Positions 28,950-38,862 of a stretch of 64,000 nucleotides of DNA are shown one piece after another (positions within the stretch are counted from its first letter, which is position 1; every line of letters starts with the position of its first letter). The notes beneath the pieces were generated by a model. The model was not told the origin of the DNA, searched no databases, and saw nothing but the letters and a program-made list of their open reading frames with translations. Source of the stretch: Bacteroidales bacterium Bact_19. Lineage in GTDB: Bacteria; Bacteroidota; Bacteroidia; Bacteroidales; ML635J-15. The stretch is taken from NCBI GenBank assembly GCA_001603595.1, contig LUZK01000050.1, forward strand, positions 22,115-86,114, in the 5' to 3' direction. Both the position numbers and the translations under genes were made by a program.

Positions 28950-29085
28950 AGCTTTTTATTTTTCGATGAAAATTTTACACGAAATTAATTGTTTGGAAAA
29001 TTACTTTCAATAAAAATGTTTTACAATAATCTTATAATTATGTTAAAAGATGTTAAAAAATAAATGTGTATAAAAAACAGGGTAG

Positions 29086-30330
29086 TTAAATTTTACCGTG
29101 CATAATAAAATTTATTAGCAGTAGCAATGCTGTATTAGCTGTACGTTCAATGTTTGTAATTCTGTCGAATGGGAAAAGAAGTTTTTTTGTAAGGGTTTTT
29201 TCTGTATTCGAAACGGCTATCCAAATTGTTCCGACAGGTTTTTGTTTAGAACCTCCATCCGGACCGGCAATGCCACTGACTGCAACTGAATAATCGGTAT
29301 TAAATTTTTTTCTTATGTTTTCAGCCATTTCTATAACAGTTTGTTCACTCACAGCTCCGTAAGTTTGTAGAGTTTTAGGATTAACAGACAGTTCCTTTAC
29401 TTTTATCTCGTTAGAATAAGCAATAATACTACCTTTAAAATATGCCGAACTGCCTGGAATGCTGGTTATTAGTGTTGCTATTTTACCACCTGTACAACTT
29501 TCTGCAGTACATATAGTTTTGTTGTTTTGTTTTAATAAATTTCCAAGAACTTCCTCAAGTCGTATATCTTCGGTTGCAATAATGTTTTCCGGTATTAGTG
29601 TTTTTAATTTTTCTACAAGTAAATTAATTGTTTCAATTTCCGCTTTATCTGCGTTGTTTTTGCTTAATCTCAATCTAATAAAACCGGGTGAGGGGAGATA
29701 AGCTAATTTGATGTTTTTAGGGATACTGTTTTCCCATTCTTGAATTTTCTCGGCAAGAACAGATTCCGCAAGCCCGGCTGTTAGAATTGTTTTGTGAAAA
29801 TTTGATAAAAGTTGAAATTTATTTTGTAATTCGTTAATAACGTGTTCAGAGAATATATATTTCATTTCATAAGGGACCCCGGGTAGAGAAAAAAGAATTT
29901 TATCATTTTTCTCAAACATGAGCCCAGGTGCAGTTCCAATTAAATTGTTCAGAACTTTAGCTTTATCTGGAACTAAAGCTTGACTTCTGTTGTTTTCGTT
30001 TAAAGGTATGTTTCTTTTGTCAAGTAAAAATTTGATATTTTCAAGTACATAACTATTTAATACGAGTTCTGAATTAAAAATCTGGCATAAAACATTTTTA
30101 GTAATATCGTCATTAGTAGGTCCGAGACCGCCTGTTATTATTACAATTTTACTGCTGTGTAAAGCTTCTGTAATTGTTTGTTGAATTTTCGAGGCATCAT
30201 CACCAATACTAATGATTTTTGAGACACTAATTCCTAATTTATTTAATTCTTTAGCAATCCATGCTGAGTTGGTATCAACAATCTGACCTATAAGTATTTC
30301 GTCTCCAATTGTAATTATTTGTGCGTTCAT
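29086..30330 (-). CDS. cinA: CinA-family protein (MoCF-like domain + nicotinamide-nucleotide amidohydrolase PncC domain)
   Basis: 414 aa. N-terminus MNAQIITIGDEILIGQIVDTNS...ITGGLGPTNDD. C-terminal deamidase domain with CTAESCTGG. Confidence 0.9.
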   Translation of the reverse strand: MNAQIITIGDEILIGQIVDTNSAWIAKELNKLGISVSKIISIGDDASKIQQTITEALHSSKIVIITGGLGPTNDDITKNVLCQIFNSELVLNSYVLENIKFLLDKRNIPLNENNRSQALVPDKAKVLNNLIGTAPGLMFEKNDKILFSLPGVPYEMKYIFSEHVINELQNKFQLLSNFHKTILTAGLAESVLAEKIQEWENSIPKNIKLAYLPSPGFIRLRLSKNNADKAEIETINLLVEKLKTLIPENIIATEDIRLEEVLGNLLKQNNKTICTAESCTGGKIATLITSIPGSSAYFKGSIIAYSNEIKVKELSVNPKTLQTYGAVSEQTVIEMAENIRKKFNTDYSVAVSGIAGPDGGSKQKPVGTIWIAVSNTEKTLTKKLLFPFDRITNIERTANTALLLLINFIMHGKI

Positions 30331-30344
30331 TCTTTTGTTAATTT

Positions 30345-31121
30345 TTACAGGGGATTTGATTTTGTAGCAATGTATAAAATTTCTTTTTCATCCAAACGAT
30401 AAAGCGATATTTTTTCGGGTGGTAAATGTTTTTTTACATCAAATTCCGTAACTTCAAAACCTGCTTTTTTGAGTCTATTGGGATAATCAAGCCCGTGCCA
30501 GCGGACATGGTCGTATTGCCCGAATATTTTTTCTCTCATTTTTGGGTCTGTTATGCTTGCATCTTCGAGGGTCTCATTAAAATCATAATTTATGGGAACC
30601 TGCATTATTGCTATACCCCCGGGTTTTAATATACGATAAATCTCTTTCATGGCAATGATGTCGTTAGCTACATGTTCAAGAACGTGATTGCAAATAATCC
30701 AGTCATAGCTATTGTCGGGCAAAGGAATTTGCATAATGTCGAAATGCAAATCTGCAATTGGCGACACAATATCGGCGGTAGTGTAATCAATATTTCCGCA
30801 TTTTTTAAACCTTTTTAAAAAGGGTTGTTCCGGTGCAATGTGCAATAATTTAATATTTTTTTTAAAGAAATCGGAGTATTTGCTCAAATAAATCCACAGC
30901 AAACGATGACGTTCCAGCGATAGACAATTAGGACAGAGTCTGTTTTCTCCTGCTTTATTGCCGTAAGGTAAAAACTTCCTGAAACTGTGATTACAAACAG
31001 GACAATGAACATTTTTACCGATATAAAATGGACGTATAAAAAAAGAAAAAATTTTACTGAACCTTATAAGCCATGGACGTGGTATATTTCGGACCAAAAA
31101 TTTAATAAAATTCTTTATCAT
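30345..31121 (-). CDS. Class I SAM-dependent methyltransferase with N-terminal zinc ribbon
   Basis: 258 aa. CPVC...(20 aa)...CPNC ribbon, then a Rossmann-type methyltransferase core (LLHIAPE..., ICNHVLEHV, LKPGGIAIMQVP). Starts 4 nt after the helicase gene stop. Confidence 0.65.
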   Translation of the reverse strand: MIKNFIKFLVRNIPRPWLIRFSKIFSFFIRPFYIGKNVHCPVCNHSFRKFLPYGNKAGENRLCPNCLSLERHRLLWIYLSKYSDFFKKNIKLLHIAPEQPFLKRFKKCGNIDYTTADIVSPIADLHFDIMQIPLPDNSYDWIICNHVLEHVANDIIAMKEIYRILKPGGIAIMQVPINYDFNETLEDASITDPKMREKIFGQYDHVRWHGLDYPNRLKKAGFEVTEFDVKKHLPPEKISLYRLDEKEILYIATKSNPL

Positions 31122-31124
31122 AAT

Positions 31125-34100
31125 TTAAAATAATTCAATACGTTTAATTGTTTTGTTTTCCGGAAAATATTGTATAATAGTCTCGAGGCTTACATACCAT
31201 ATATAAGTTTCGATGTTTTTAAATCCCAATTCATTACATATTTTATAATAATTATCCATTTGAATAAGATATTCGGTATTTTCGTGTGTGCCAAATTTAT
31301 AGTCCACAATTACTGTTTTATCTTTCGAAAACATAAGACGGTCGGGGCGTTTTGATGATTTTCCCGGAATTAGAATCTCGCTTTCGGTCATAACTGAATA
31401 AGAACCATCAAACCAATTCCTGATAAACTCGTTTTCGAGTTGGGACTTTAAAAAAACTGAATAGTTTTTAAGTTGGTCTTGATTTATAATTCCTCTAAAA
31501 TAAAGTTTTTTTATTGCAAAATCAAGGTCTTGAGCTTTTATTGTGTTTTCGAGAATCTTATGTAGAAGAATTCCTTTTTGAATGTTTTGATAAGCAAGCA
31601 AGTCTTTTTTATCGCTATCAAAGAAAGATTTTATTTTTATTTTTTTGTTTGGAAGATATAACGGATATTCTTCGATATATTGATTTATTTGTTGTTCAGC
31701 AATATTTTCATCGTAACTTCCTTGTGTATATGTTTGAATAGCATAATTATCGAATTGTTGGATTTCAATAATAAATTTATCATTCATCAATTCTAATGCA
31801 GAAGTAATTATATTGTTCACAGAGTTTTCGTTATCGGCGGAGTAAACAAATAGACCTCTTTTTGCTCTTGTAAAGGCAACATATAGTAAATTGAAAGCTT
31901 CGGTAAATTCATTAATTTTAATTTGATTGTAGTGTTTTGAGAAAGTAGTATTTTTGAGTTTTTCATTTTTATCAATAGGCCAAATCGAGACTTCGTTAAA
32001 AATAGAGTTTTCATTTTGTAACCAGCAAGTTTGTTTTCCGCCGGAATTTTCATTAAATTTCCAATTACAGAAAGGAATTAATACAAACTCTGAGGCTAAA
32101 CCTTTGGCTTTGTGAATAGTTATTATTTTAATTGCATTTTGTTTTTCAGCGACTTTAATTTTTAAATCATCGGACTTTTCTTCCCAGAATTTTAGAAAAT
32201 TATTAAGGTCGGAATTGTTTTTCTTTTGATACTCGTGAACTAAATCTCTTAGAGCATTTATGAAAGGAATGTTTTCCGTTTTTTTGTTTAATTCTGCTTT
32301 GATAATAATAAATTCAATAAGTTCGTTGAGTAATAAATTTTCAGAATTTTTAATCAAATCCTCAAAAATATTTTCTATTGCTTGAATGAAATTTTCAAAA
32401 TCGAAATATATTTCATCTGTATTTGTGTTTTTTTCCAGGTAATAATAGAATGCTGCTTCGGCTTGTGAAAGTTTTTCTTTGGAATTTATTAGATAATTAA
32501 GGCAAGAAATTATAAATTTTATCGAATTATTAGAATTTAGAAATAATGCATCTTGTGAAATAACATCGTACACAATTCCAGGTTTTGCTTCAGGACTTTG
32601 ACCATATTTAATAATTTCTTGTGCTATTTCGAAGGCTTCTTTATTTTTTCTGCAAAGTATCATAATATCACCTGCAGGGTATTTCTTTTCCTGAATTTCT
32701 TCAATTTTTGATATTAAATCACTTACAATTATAGGTTTGAAATCCGGTTTTGGATTTTTCTCTTTTTCTTTATTTTTATCTTTAATTGTTCTGAATAGTT
32801 TTAAGCTTACTATTGATTTAAAATTGGTATTTTTATGTTTAGGAAATTCTTGTTTGCAATCAATGTAAATTTTTGTTTGTAATATATTTCCCTGATTATT
32901 ATCAATAGAGTTAATTATGTTATCAGAAATTTCTGCAGCTTTTTTGAAAAATTCATTGTTAAATGTTATAATCTGCTCGCCACTACGCCAATTTTCTTTT
33001 AGAGTAACCTGATGCAAAAAAATATTAAATTTTTGAGGCAAATCTTCAGCAAGTATTTTCCAATCTCCGTTTCGCCATGCATAAATTGCTTGTTTTAGGT
33101 CGCCGACAACTATACTTTTATTTCGCGATTTGGATAAACTTTCTTTTAACAACGGAGCTAAAGATTCCCACTGTATTCTGGAAGTGTCTTGAAATTCATC
33201 CAGCAGATAACTCTCAAAGTTTACTCCGGCTTTTTCGAAAATGAAAGAACTACTGTTATTAGTGGCAATTTCGGAAATTACTGCAGGAACATCACAGATT
33301 AAAAAAATGTTTTCTTCGTTGCATATATCTTTTACTGCTCTATCGGCATAATTTACAAGGGCAATATAATCAAAGTTTTTTTGTATTGTGAGTGCTTCGG
33401 AAAAATTTTTAAATTTTGAAAACAGTTCATCTTTTTTGCTATTCAATAAACTTTTTATTTCATCTGCGGCTTTGATTAGAGAATTATTGCCTGAATCACT
33501 CTGTTTGACCCAGAATAAACTGTCATAAATTGGTTTGTCGTAAATATCAAAACTTACTGAATCAGAATTTACTTTTATTAGTTGAAGCTCTTTGGAGAAT
33601 TTAACTATCGGAGCTCTTGAAGCACCTTTAAAATCTTCTTTTACTACATTGTACTTTGATAGAATAATTTCAATTTCTTTGTAAAATGAATCTGCAAATT
33701 TATGAGTGTCTTCAATAGTATGTTTGATTTTATCTTTCAATTGCTGAACATTTTTTTCATCGCCGAAAAAAACTTCAAATTCTTTTTGAGCTTTACGAAA
33801 TTCGTCTTTAAAAATCAGTTCTAGGAAAGATGCAAGCGTATTCCTAAAATCCCATCGTTTAGAGTCGTCTATGTTTTTGTTGACAAGTCTGAGAATTATA
33901 TTTTTTAATTTTTCGTCATTGGTTGCAGTGTCAATAATTCTGTCAACAGCTTTAGTAATCACAGAACGAGTGTCGAATTCTATATCGAAGTTGAAGTTTA
34001 TGCTTATTTCATACAGGAAACTCTTTAGAATTTTCAGTAAAAAACTGTCAATTGTTTGAACAGAAAAAAAAGAGTATTGATGTAATAATTCGAAAAATTT

Positions 34101-34379
34101 TAGTTTTGCTTTTTCTTTAATTTCGTTTGAACTAAAATTAAATTCGTTGTTAATTTTTTGTTCGAGTTCAGGATTCTTACCACAAATTAGTTTATATAAT
34201 TCCGTGATGATTCTTTCTTTCATTTCCTCACTTGCCTTGTTTGTGAAAGTTATGGCAAGGATGTTGCGATGAGAAATACTGTCATCAAAAAGATTAAGAA
34301 TGTATTCATTAGCAATGCTCTGAGTTTTACCTGAACCTGCAGAGGCGGTAAAAACTTTTAAAGTTTTTGTGTCGTTCAT
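31125..34379 (-). CDS. UvrD/AddA-like helicase fused to a C-terminal PD-(D/E)XK nuclease
   Basis: 1084 aa. Walker A FTASAGSGKT and Walker B-like LLDEFQDTS. UvrD C-terminal helicase motifs (TIHKAKGLASEFV, LLYVAFTRAKRGL). Nuclease motif near the end (PDRLMFSKDKTVIVDYKFG). Confidence 0.8.
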   Translation of the reverse strand: MNDTKTLKVFTASAGSGKTQSIANEYILNLFDDSISHRNILAITFTNKASEEMKERIITELYKLICGKNPELEQKINNEFNFSSNEIKEKAKLKFFELLHQYSFFSVQTIDSFLLKILKSFLYEISINFNFDIEFDTRSVITKAVDRIIDTATNDEKLKNIILRLVNKNIDDSKRWDFRNTLASFLELIFKDEFRKAQKEFEVFFGDEKNVQQLKDKIKHTIEDTHKFADSFYKEIEIILSKYNVVKEDFKGASRAPIVKFSKELQLIKVNSDSVSFDIYDKPIYDSLFWVKQSDSGNNSLIKAADEIKSLLNSKKDELFSKFKNFSEALTIQKNFDYIALVNYADRAVKDICNEENIFLICDVPAVISEIATNNSSSFIFEKAGVNFESYLLDEFQDTSRIQWESLAPLLKESLSKSRNKSIVVGDLKQAIYAWRNGDWKILAEDLPQKFNIFLHQVTLKENWRSGEQIITFNNEFFKKAAEISDNIINSIDNNQGNILQTKIYIDCKQEFPKHKNTNFKSIVSLKLFRTIKDKNKEKEKNPKPDFKPIIVSDLISKIEEIQEKKYPAGDIMILCRKNKEAFEIAQEIIKYGQSPEAKPGIVYDVISQDALFLNSNNSIKFIISCLNYLINSKEKLSQAEAAFYYYLEKNTNTDEIYFDFENFIQAIENIFEDLIKNSENLLLNELIEFIIIKAELNKKTENIPFINALRDLVHEYQKKNNSDLNNFLKFWEEKSDDLKIKVAEKQNAIKIITIHKAKGLASEFVLIPFCNWKFNENSGGKQTCWLQNENSIFNEVSIWPIDKNEKLKNTTFSKHYNQIKINEFTEAFNLLYVAFTRAKRGLFVYSADNENSVNNIITSALELMNDKFIIEIQQFDNYAIQTYTQGSYDENIAEQQINQYIEEYPLYLPNKKIKIKSFFDSDKKDLLAYQNIQKGILLHKILENTIKAQDLDFAIKKLYFRGIINQDQLKNYSVFLKSQLENEFIRNWFDGSYSVMTESEILIPGKSSKRPDRLMFSKDKTVIVDYKFGTHENTEYLIQMDNYYKICNELGFKNIETYIWYVSLETIIQYFPENKTIKRIELF

Positions 34380-34678
34380 TATTCAGGAACATTGATTTGA
34401 GTTGTTTCGCATTGTTTAATCGAACTTTGATAATTCCATTCATCAGGAAAACTGAGAGCCTTAATATTGTAACTTCCTACAGGCTTATCGGTGGTTTTTG
34501 TTTCTCCCGGTTCGAGATTAAAAAGTTTTGTGTTGTTAATAATTATTTCGATTTGTCGAGAGTAATTGTTTGTTACAGAAATCTTACCAGTATTGTTAAT
34601 TTCACAGTTGTCTTTAACTCTGCAAGAACTTAAGAAAGCAATGTATATAAGCATAATGTAAATAAAAAATCTTTTCAT
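34379..34678 (-). CDS. Small lipoprotein of unknown function
   Basis: 99 aa with a lipobox (AFLSSC). Its stop overlaps the helicase start by 1 nt. Confidence 0.5.
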   Translation of the reverse strand: MKRFFIYIMLIYIAFLSSCRVKDNCEINNTGKISVTNNYSRQIEIIINNTKLFNLEPGETKTTDKPVGSYNIKALSFPDEWNYQSSIKQCETTQINVPE

Positions 34679-35232
34679 TTTTTCATTATTATTTAGCCCA
34701 AAATTAATAAAATTATAGGGATTAGCAAAGTTTCTTTTTATTTTTTAGTTAAAAATGATTAGTTCTTTTGTTTTAATATTATTCTGATTAAAGAAATACT
34801 AATTGGATTTAAAAAAGTCTATTTTATAACTAAATATTTGTTTTCTTATTAATATAGTATCTTATGTTAGTTTTTGAATGAGAGATTTGTTAAGTAATAT
34901 CAAATTTACTAAACAAGTAATTTTTTCTCCCGTTTCCTTCTATTCCTCTGAATGAATTTTTTAATAAAATCAAAAGAAATAATTAACATTCAAAAATTTT
35001 ATTTTACTGTAATAAGAAATTTATTTGGGATTTTAATTTAAGAACATTTTTCGAATTTAATCTCAATCGATATTAACATTATTTAATGAATGACTTTCAT
35101 CACTATTTCTTACTAACAAAATAATATTATCTTTTATTACTTATACTTTTCTATTACTATTTTGCCGGTGGCAATTAATAATAGAATTATAACTTCTTTA
35201 ATAACAATTTTTTTTAAATTTATATTGTTTAA

Positions 35233-35751
35233 TTAAAATTCAATACCTTTTCGAGCATTAATACCTTTATTGTAATAATGTTTTATTTCTTTCATTTCTG
35301 TTACTAAATCGGCCAATTCATATAATTTTTCAGGAGCATATCGCCCTGTTAAAATAAGTTCTACTTTGATATTTTTAGAGGTTATCAAATTTTTTACATC
35401 ATTAAAACTTATAAGTTTAAAATAAAGAGCTATAAAAATTTCATCCAGTATAATAATGTCGTACACATCATTTTTAATTATAGATTTTACATAGTTCAAA
35501 CCCTCATTCGCTGCAATATAATCTTCTTTTTGAGGTTTTTTATTGATGAAACAATCTCTTCCAAATTGTTTGATGGTAATGTTTTCAAATAAATTTAGTG
35601 AAATAAGTTCTGCATAAGGCATTCCTTTAACAAATTGACCAATAAAAACTTTTTTACCGGCACCTATAGCCCTTACTGCTAAGCCCAAAGCAGCTGTTGT
35701 TTTACCTTTTCCATTACCCGTATAAATATGAACCAAGCCTTTATCTTCCAT
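35233..35751 (-). CDS. cobO: CobA/CobO/BtuR-type ATP:cob(I)yrinic acid a,c-diamide adenosyltransferase family protein
   Basis: 172 aa, collinear with the CobA family: HIYTGNGKGKTTAALG, GQFVKG, ILDEI, LTGRYAP, ADLVTEMKEIKH, GINARKGIEF. Overlaps the upstream MinD-like gene by 11 nt. Confidence 0.85.
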   Translation of the reverse strand: MEDKGLVHIYTGNGKGKTTAALGLAVRAIGAGKKVFIGQFVKGMPYAELISLNLFENITIKQFGRDCFINKKPQKEDYIAANEGLNYVKSIIKNDVYDIIILDEIFIALYFKLISFNDVKNLITSKNIKVELILTGRYAPEKLYELADLVTEMKEIKHYYNKGINARKGIEF

Positions 35752-36610
35752 AATTCATAATTATATTCAAAGCGTTTTTTAGTAACTTATTTATTTCATA
35801 ATCAGGCATATATTCGGGAATTGTTTTTTTGTTTATCATTGCTTTTACAACCTCTGGATCGAAAGGTAAACGGCATAAAAAATTTATATTATGTGATAGG
35901 CAGAATTCTTGAATCTTATTTGAAATTTCAGGATTTAAATCGCTTTTATTAATTATTACCCATGTTGTGAGATTAAATTTTGAGCATATTTCGATGGTGC
36001 GTTGTAGATCATTTAATCCAGACATACTTGGTTCTGTTACAATCACAACATGTTCAACGCCTGTGATGGTTGAAATTACAGGGCAACCTATACCCGGAGG
36101 TCCATCAATAATAATAGTTTCTATATTTTCTGCTTCTGCAATAGTTTTGGCTTTATCGCGAACCATGTTTACTAATTTACCTGAATTTTCTTCACCCGGG
36201 GCAAGGCGACCATAAACCATTTTTCCATTGCGAAATGTCCCTGTGTACATAAGGCTTTTATCGCTGTTAACCATACTAATAGCATTGGCAGGACAAATAC
36301 GTGAACAAAGTTTACATCCATCGCATGAAACTTCGGATATTGTTACTTTACTATTTACAAATGAAATAGCATCGAAACGACAATAACTGACACACAGCCC
36401 GCAATTATAACATTTTGAGTAGTCTATTATAGCTTTTTGACCGCCAATATATATCTGTTCTTCTTCGTGTGTAGGATTGAAAAGAATATATAAATTTGCA
36501 GCATCTACATCGCAATCAGCCAGAATAACTTTATCGGATAATGTTGCAAATGCAGCACTTATACTACTTTTACCTGTTCCGCCTTTACCGCTAATTACTG
36601 CTATTTCCAT
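35741..36610 (-). CDS. MinD/ParA-superfamily P-loop ATPase with inserted 2x[4Fe-4S] ferredoxin domain (paralogue B)
   Basis: 289 aa. Deviant Walker A SGKGGTGKSS. Insert with two CxxCxxCxxxC(P) motifs (CYNCGLCVSYC, CDGCKLCSRICP), then the rest of the MinD fold (IIDGPPGIGCP, VTEPS). Confidence 0.85.
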   Translation of the reverse strand: MEIAVISGKGGTGKSSISAAFATLSDKVILADCDVDAANLYILFNPTHEEEQIYIGGQKAIIDYSKCYNCGLCVSYCRFDAISFVNSKVTISEVSCDGCKLCSRICPANAISMVNSDKSLMYTGTFRNGKMVYGRLAPGEENSGKLVNMVRDKAKTIAEAENIETIIIDGPPGIGCPVISTITGVEHVVIVTEPSMSGLNDLQRTIEICSKFNLTTWVIINKSDLNPEISNKIQEFCLSHNINFLCRLPFDPEVVKAMINKKTIPEYMPDYEINKLLKNALNIIMNYGR

Positions 36611-37460
36611 ATTTTTCGACTATTGAGTTAAACATTGAAATAAAGTGCTGTTCCCATTCTTTTTTATATTTCACAAATAATTCCCCTTTTGAATAATGAG
36701 ATGCTATTTCTTTATCAAATGGAATTTCCATTAATATTGGAATGTTACATTGATTCAGATAATCGTAGATTTCGTTACCTCCTAGTCCTGAGCGGTTTAT
36801 AATGACTCCACATGGTTTATTCATGGTTTTTAGTGTATCAACAGATTGCTTCAAGTCACTTAATCCAAAAGGTGTTGGTTCGGTAACAAGTATTACATAA
36901 TCTGCAGTGGCAACTGTTTGTATAAATGGACAAGAGGTTCCCGGCGGGGAATCAAGAATTATAATTCCTTCATTCCCCGTTTCTTTTACAGCTGCTTTTA
37001 TAACAGGAACTGGCGACATAACACCAATTTTCATTTTGGCTTCAACAATTGTTGAGCTTTTATTAAAATAAAAACGGCTTATAGTACCAAGAGAAACCTC
37101 TTTTTCGCTAATTGCATCAAACTTACAAGCGACGGAACAGGCGCCACATCCATGGCAAAGATCTTCAATTACTTTAATTATTTTAGCAGAAGGTAAGATG
37201 AAAATAGCATTGTAATTGCAAAATTCGTGGCATTTGCCACAATATGTGCATTTGCTTTCGTTTATTACGGGAACTTTCTGGTTTACATCAAAAGTTTTCT
37301 CTACCTTACCTTTAAAAAATATCATGTCATTTGGCTCTTCTGCATCGCAATCAACAAGAAAACAATTCTTAATATTTTGCTTGCTAATTGAATAAAACAA
37401 GTTAGTAGAGACTAAAGTCTTACCTGTGCCCCCTTTTCCGCTGGCAATAGCAATTTTCAT
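36591..37460 (-). CDS. MinD/ParA-superfamily P-loop ATPase with inserted 2x[4Fe-4S] ferredoxin domain (paralogue A)
   Basis: 289 aa. SGKGGTGKTL. Insert CTYCGKCHEFC and CHGCGACSVAC. ILDSPPGTSCP, VTEPT. Overlaps paralogue B by 20 nt. Confidence 0.85.
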   Translation of the reverse strand: MKIAIASGKGGTGKTLVSTNLFYSISKQNIKNCFLVDCDAEEPNDMIFFKGKVEKTFDVNQKVPVINESKCTYCGKCHEFCNYNAIFILPSAKIIKVIEDLCHGCGACSVACKFDAISEKEVSLGTISRFYFNKSSTIVEAKMKIGVMSPVPVIKAAVKETGNEGIIILDSPPGTSCPFIQTVATADYVILVTEPTPFGLSDLKQSVDTLKTMNKPCGVIINRSGLGGNEIYDYLNQCNIPILMEIPFDKEIASHYSKGELFVKYKKEWEQHFISMFNSIVEKYGNSSN

Positions 37461-37470
37461 AAAATATTCA

Positions 37471-38823
37471 TTAAAATTTAATTTTGGCAGCTACCATTTC
37501 AGCAGCTTTGATTATTGGATAAGCAGCTGGCGAAGCAGTTAAACATGGATGTGTACCTATTTGAGAAGTCAGTAAAGTACTAATAGTCATTCGATTTTGA
37601 ATGATAATGCCAATAACGTTTGTGAGTTCACCCGCACTTAAACCGCCAATTACTTCACCACCAACAATTACACCTGATTGTTTTGCTACAATTAGTTTTA
37701 CAATTTGTTTCTTTGTATCGGGCATGTTTCCGGGATGACGATCAACCCCTTCGAAAATAGCTGAAACGATGTTAATGCCTTCTTCTTTTGCTCTTCTTTC
37801 AGTAATTCCTGCAGTACCAAATCCATGTCCATCAATAGCTGTGCTATATATACTAATTGTTCCACTAAAAGTTTTTACAATATTAATTCCGAATAAATTC
37901 ATCCCACATACACGAGCTTCAGCACATGCCGTTGAAGCAAGCATGGTAGGTACTCTTTTACGAGTAATAAAATCACGTTTTTGGGCACAGTCGCCAACGG
38001 CGAAAATATCTTTTTCATGGGTACGCATATATTCATCTACGACGATATAATTACTTTCATCTAAATAAATCCCTGATTTTTTTGCAAGTTCTGTGTTAGG
38101 TTGATATCCCATAGATAATATTACAGCATCAGCGTCCAGAATAGTGTCGTTTTCTAATTTTACCTTTTCAACTTTTGTATTTCCTATAATTTCTTTAACG
38201 CCATTTCCGGTAATTAACTTAATACCACGATTTTTAATTATTTCTTCTATTTTAGAAGCGACTTCTTCATCGAAAGCAGAAGCAAGAATTGTTTTTTCCT
38301 TTTCAATTAAGGTTACATCATGACCGCTTTTCGCCAATTCGTCTGAAACTTCAACTCCAATAAAGCCGGCACCAATAACTACAACTTTTTTCAATCCGGA
38401 AATTTTGCTTTTCATCTCATCAAGATAAGTTTTATCTTTTGGGATAACAAAGAAATTTTCGAGATTTGTTCCTTTTAACCATTTAGGAACGATAGGAATA
38501 GAACCTGTTGCAATTACAAGTTTATCGTATTTTATTTCTTCACCGCTTATAAGTTTTGCGATCTTTGTGTTTTTGTCAATACTAACTACTTCATTAACAA
38601 TAGATTCAATGCCTGCTTTTGCTAGCATATTATCAACCGGCATAATGTTTAATTGACTGCTATTAAGCGTTCCGAAAATGTATGGAATGCCGCAAGGAAC
38701 CATTACATCTTTTTGCTTTTTAATCAAAATAAAACTTTTATCGCTCCATGACGATTTCCCTGTTAAAGCGGCTACCATTCCGGCAGCACTTCCACCAATA
38801 ACTAATACATCTGTGTTTTTCAT
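37471..38823 (-). CDS. FAD-dependent pyridine-nucleotide-disulfide oxidoreductase, single-Cys NADH oxidase/CoA-disulfide-reductase type
   Basis: 450 aa. FAD dinucleotide fold VLVIGGSAAG. Candidate redox Cys in VPCGIPY. NAD(P)H fold VVVIGAGFIGVE. FAVGDCA motif. Confidence 0.8.
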   Translation of the reverse strand: MKNTDVLVIGGSAAGMVAALTGKSSWSDKSFILIKKQKDVMVPCGIPYIFGTLNSSQLNIMPVDNMLAKAGIESIVNEVVSIDKNTKIAKLISGEEIKYDKLVIATGSIPIVPKWLKGTNLENFFVIPKDKTYLDEMKSKISGLKKVVVIGAGFIGVEVSDELAKSGHDVTLIEKEKTILASAFDEEVASKIEEIIKNRGIKLITGNGVKEIIGNTKVEKVKLENDTILDADAVILSMGYQPNTELAKKSGIYLDESNYIVVDEYMRTHEKDIFAVGDCAQKRDFITRKRVPTMLASTACAEARVCGMNLFGINIVKTFSGTISIYSTAIDGHGFGTAGITERRAKEEGINIVSAIFEGVDRHPGNMPDTKKQIVKLIVAKQSGVIVGGEVIGGLSAGELTNVIGIIIQNRMTISTLLTSQIGTHPCLTASPAAYPIIKAAEMVAAKIKF

Positions 38824-38862
38824 AATATTAAATTTTTAAATGTTGTATTTTTAAACTATAAA

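Noticed and set aside
34679-35232. 550-bp ORF-free AT-rich region between the CobO-like gene and the lipoprotein/helicase operon, and the 408-bp region 43028..43435
   Set aside because: Read on both strands. Apart from the operator-like palindrome at 43023-43058, I found no repeats, strong hairpins, GC islands or conserved-looking boxes. These are most simply promoter or spacer DNA, and RNA-seq would be needed to say more.
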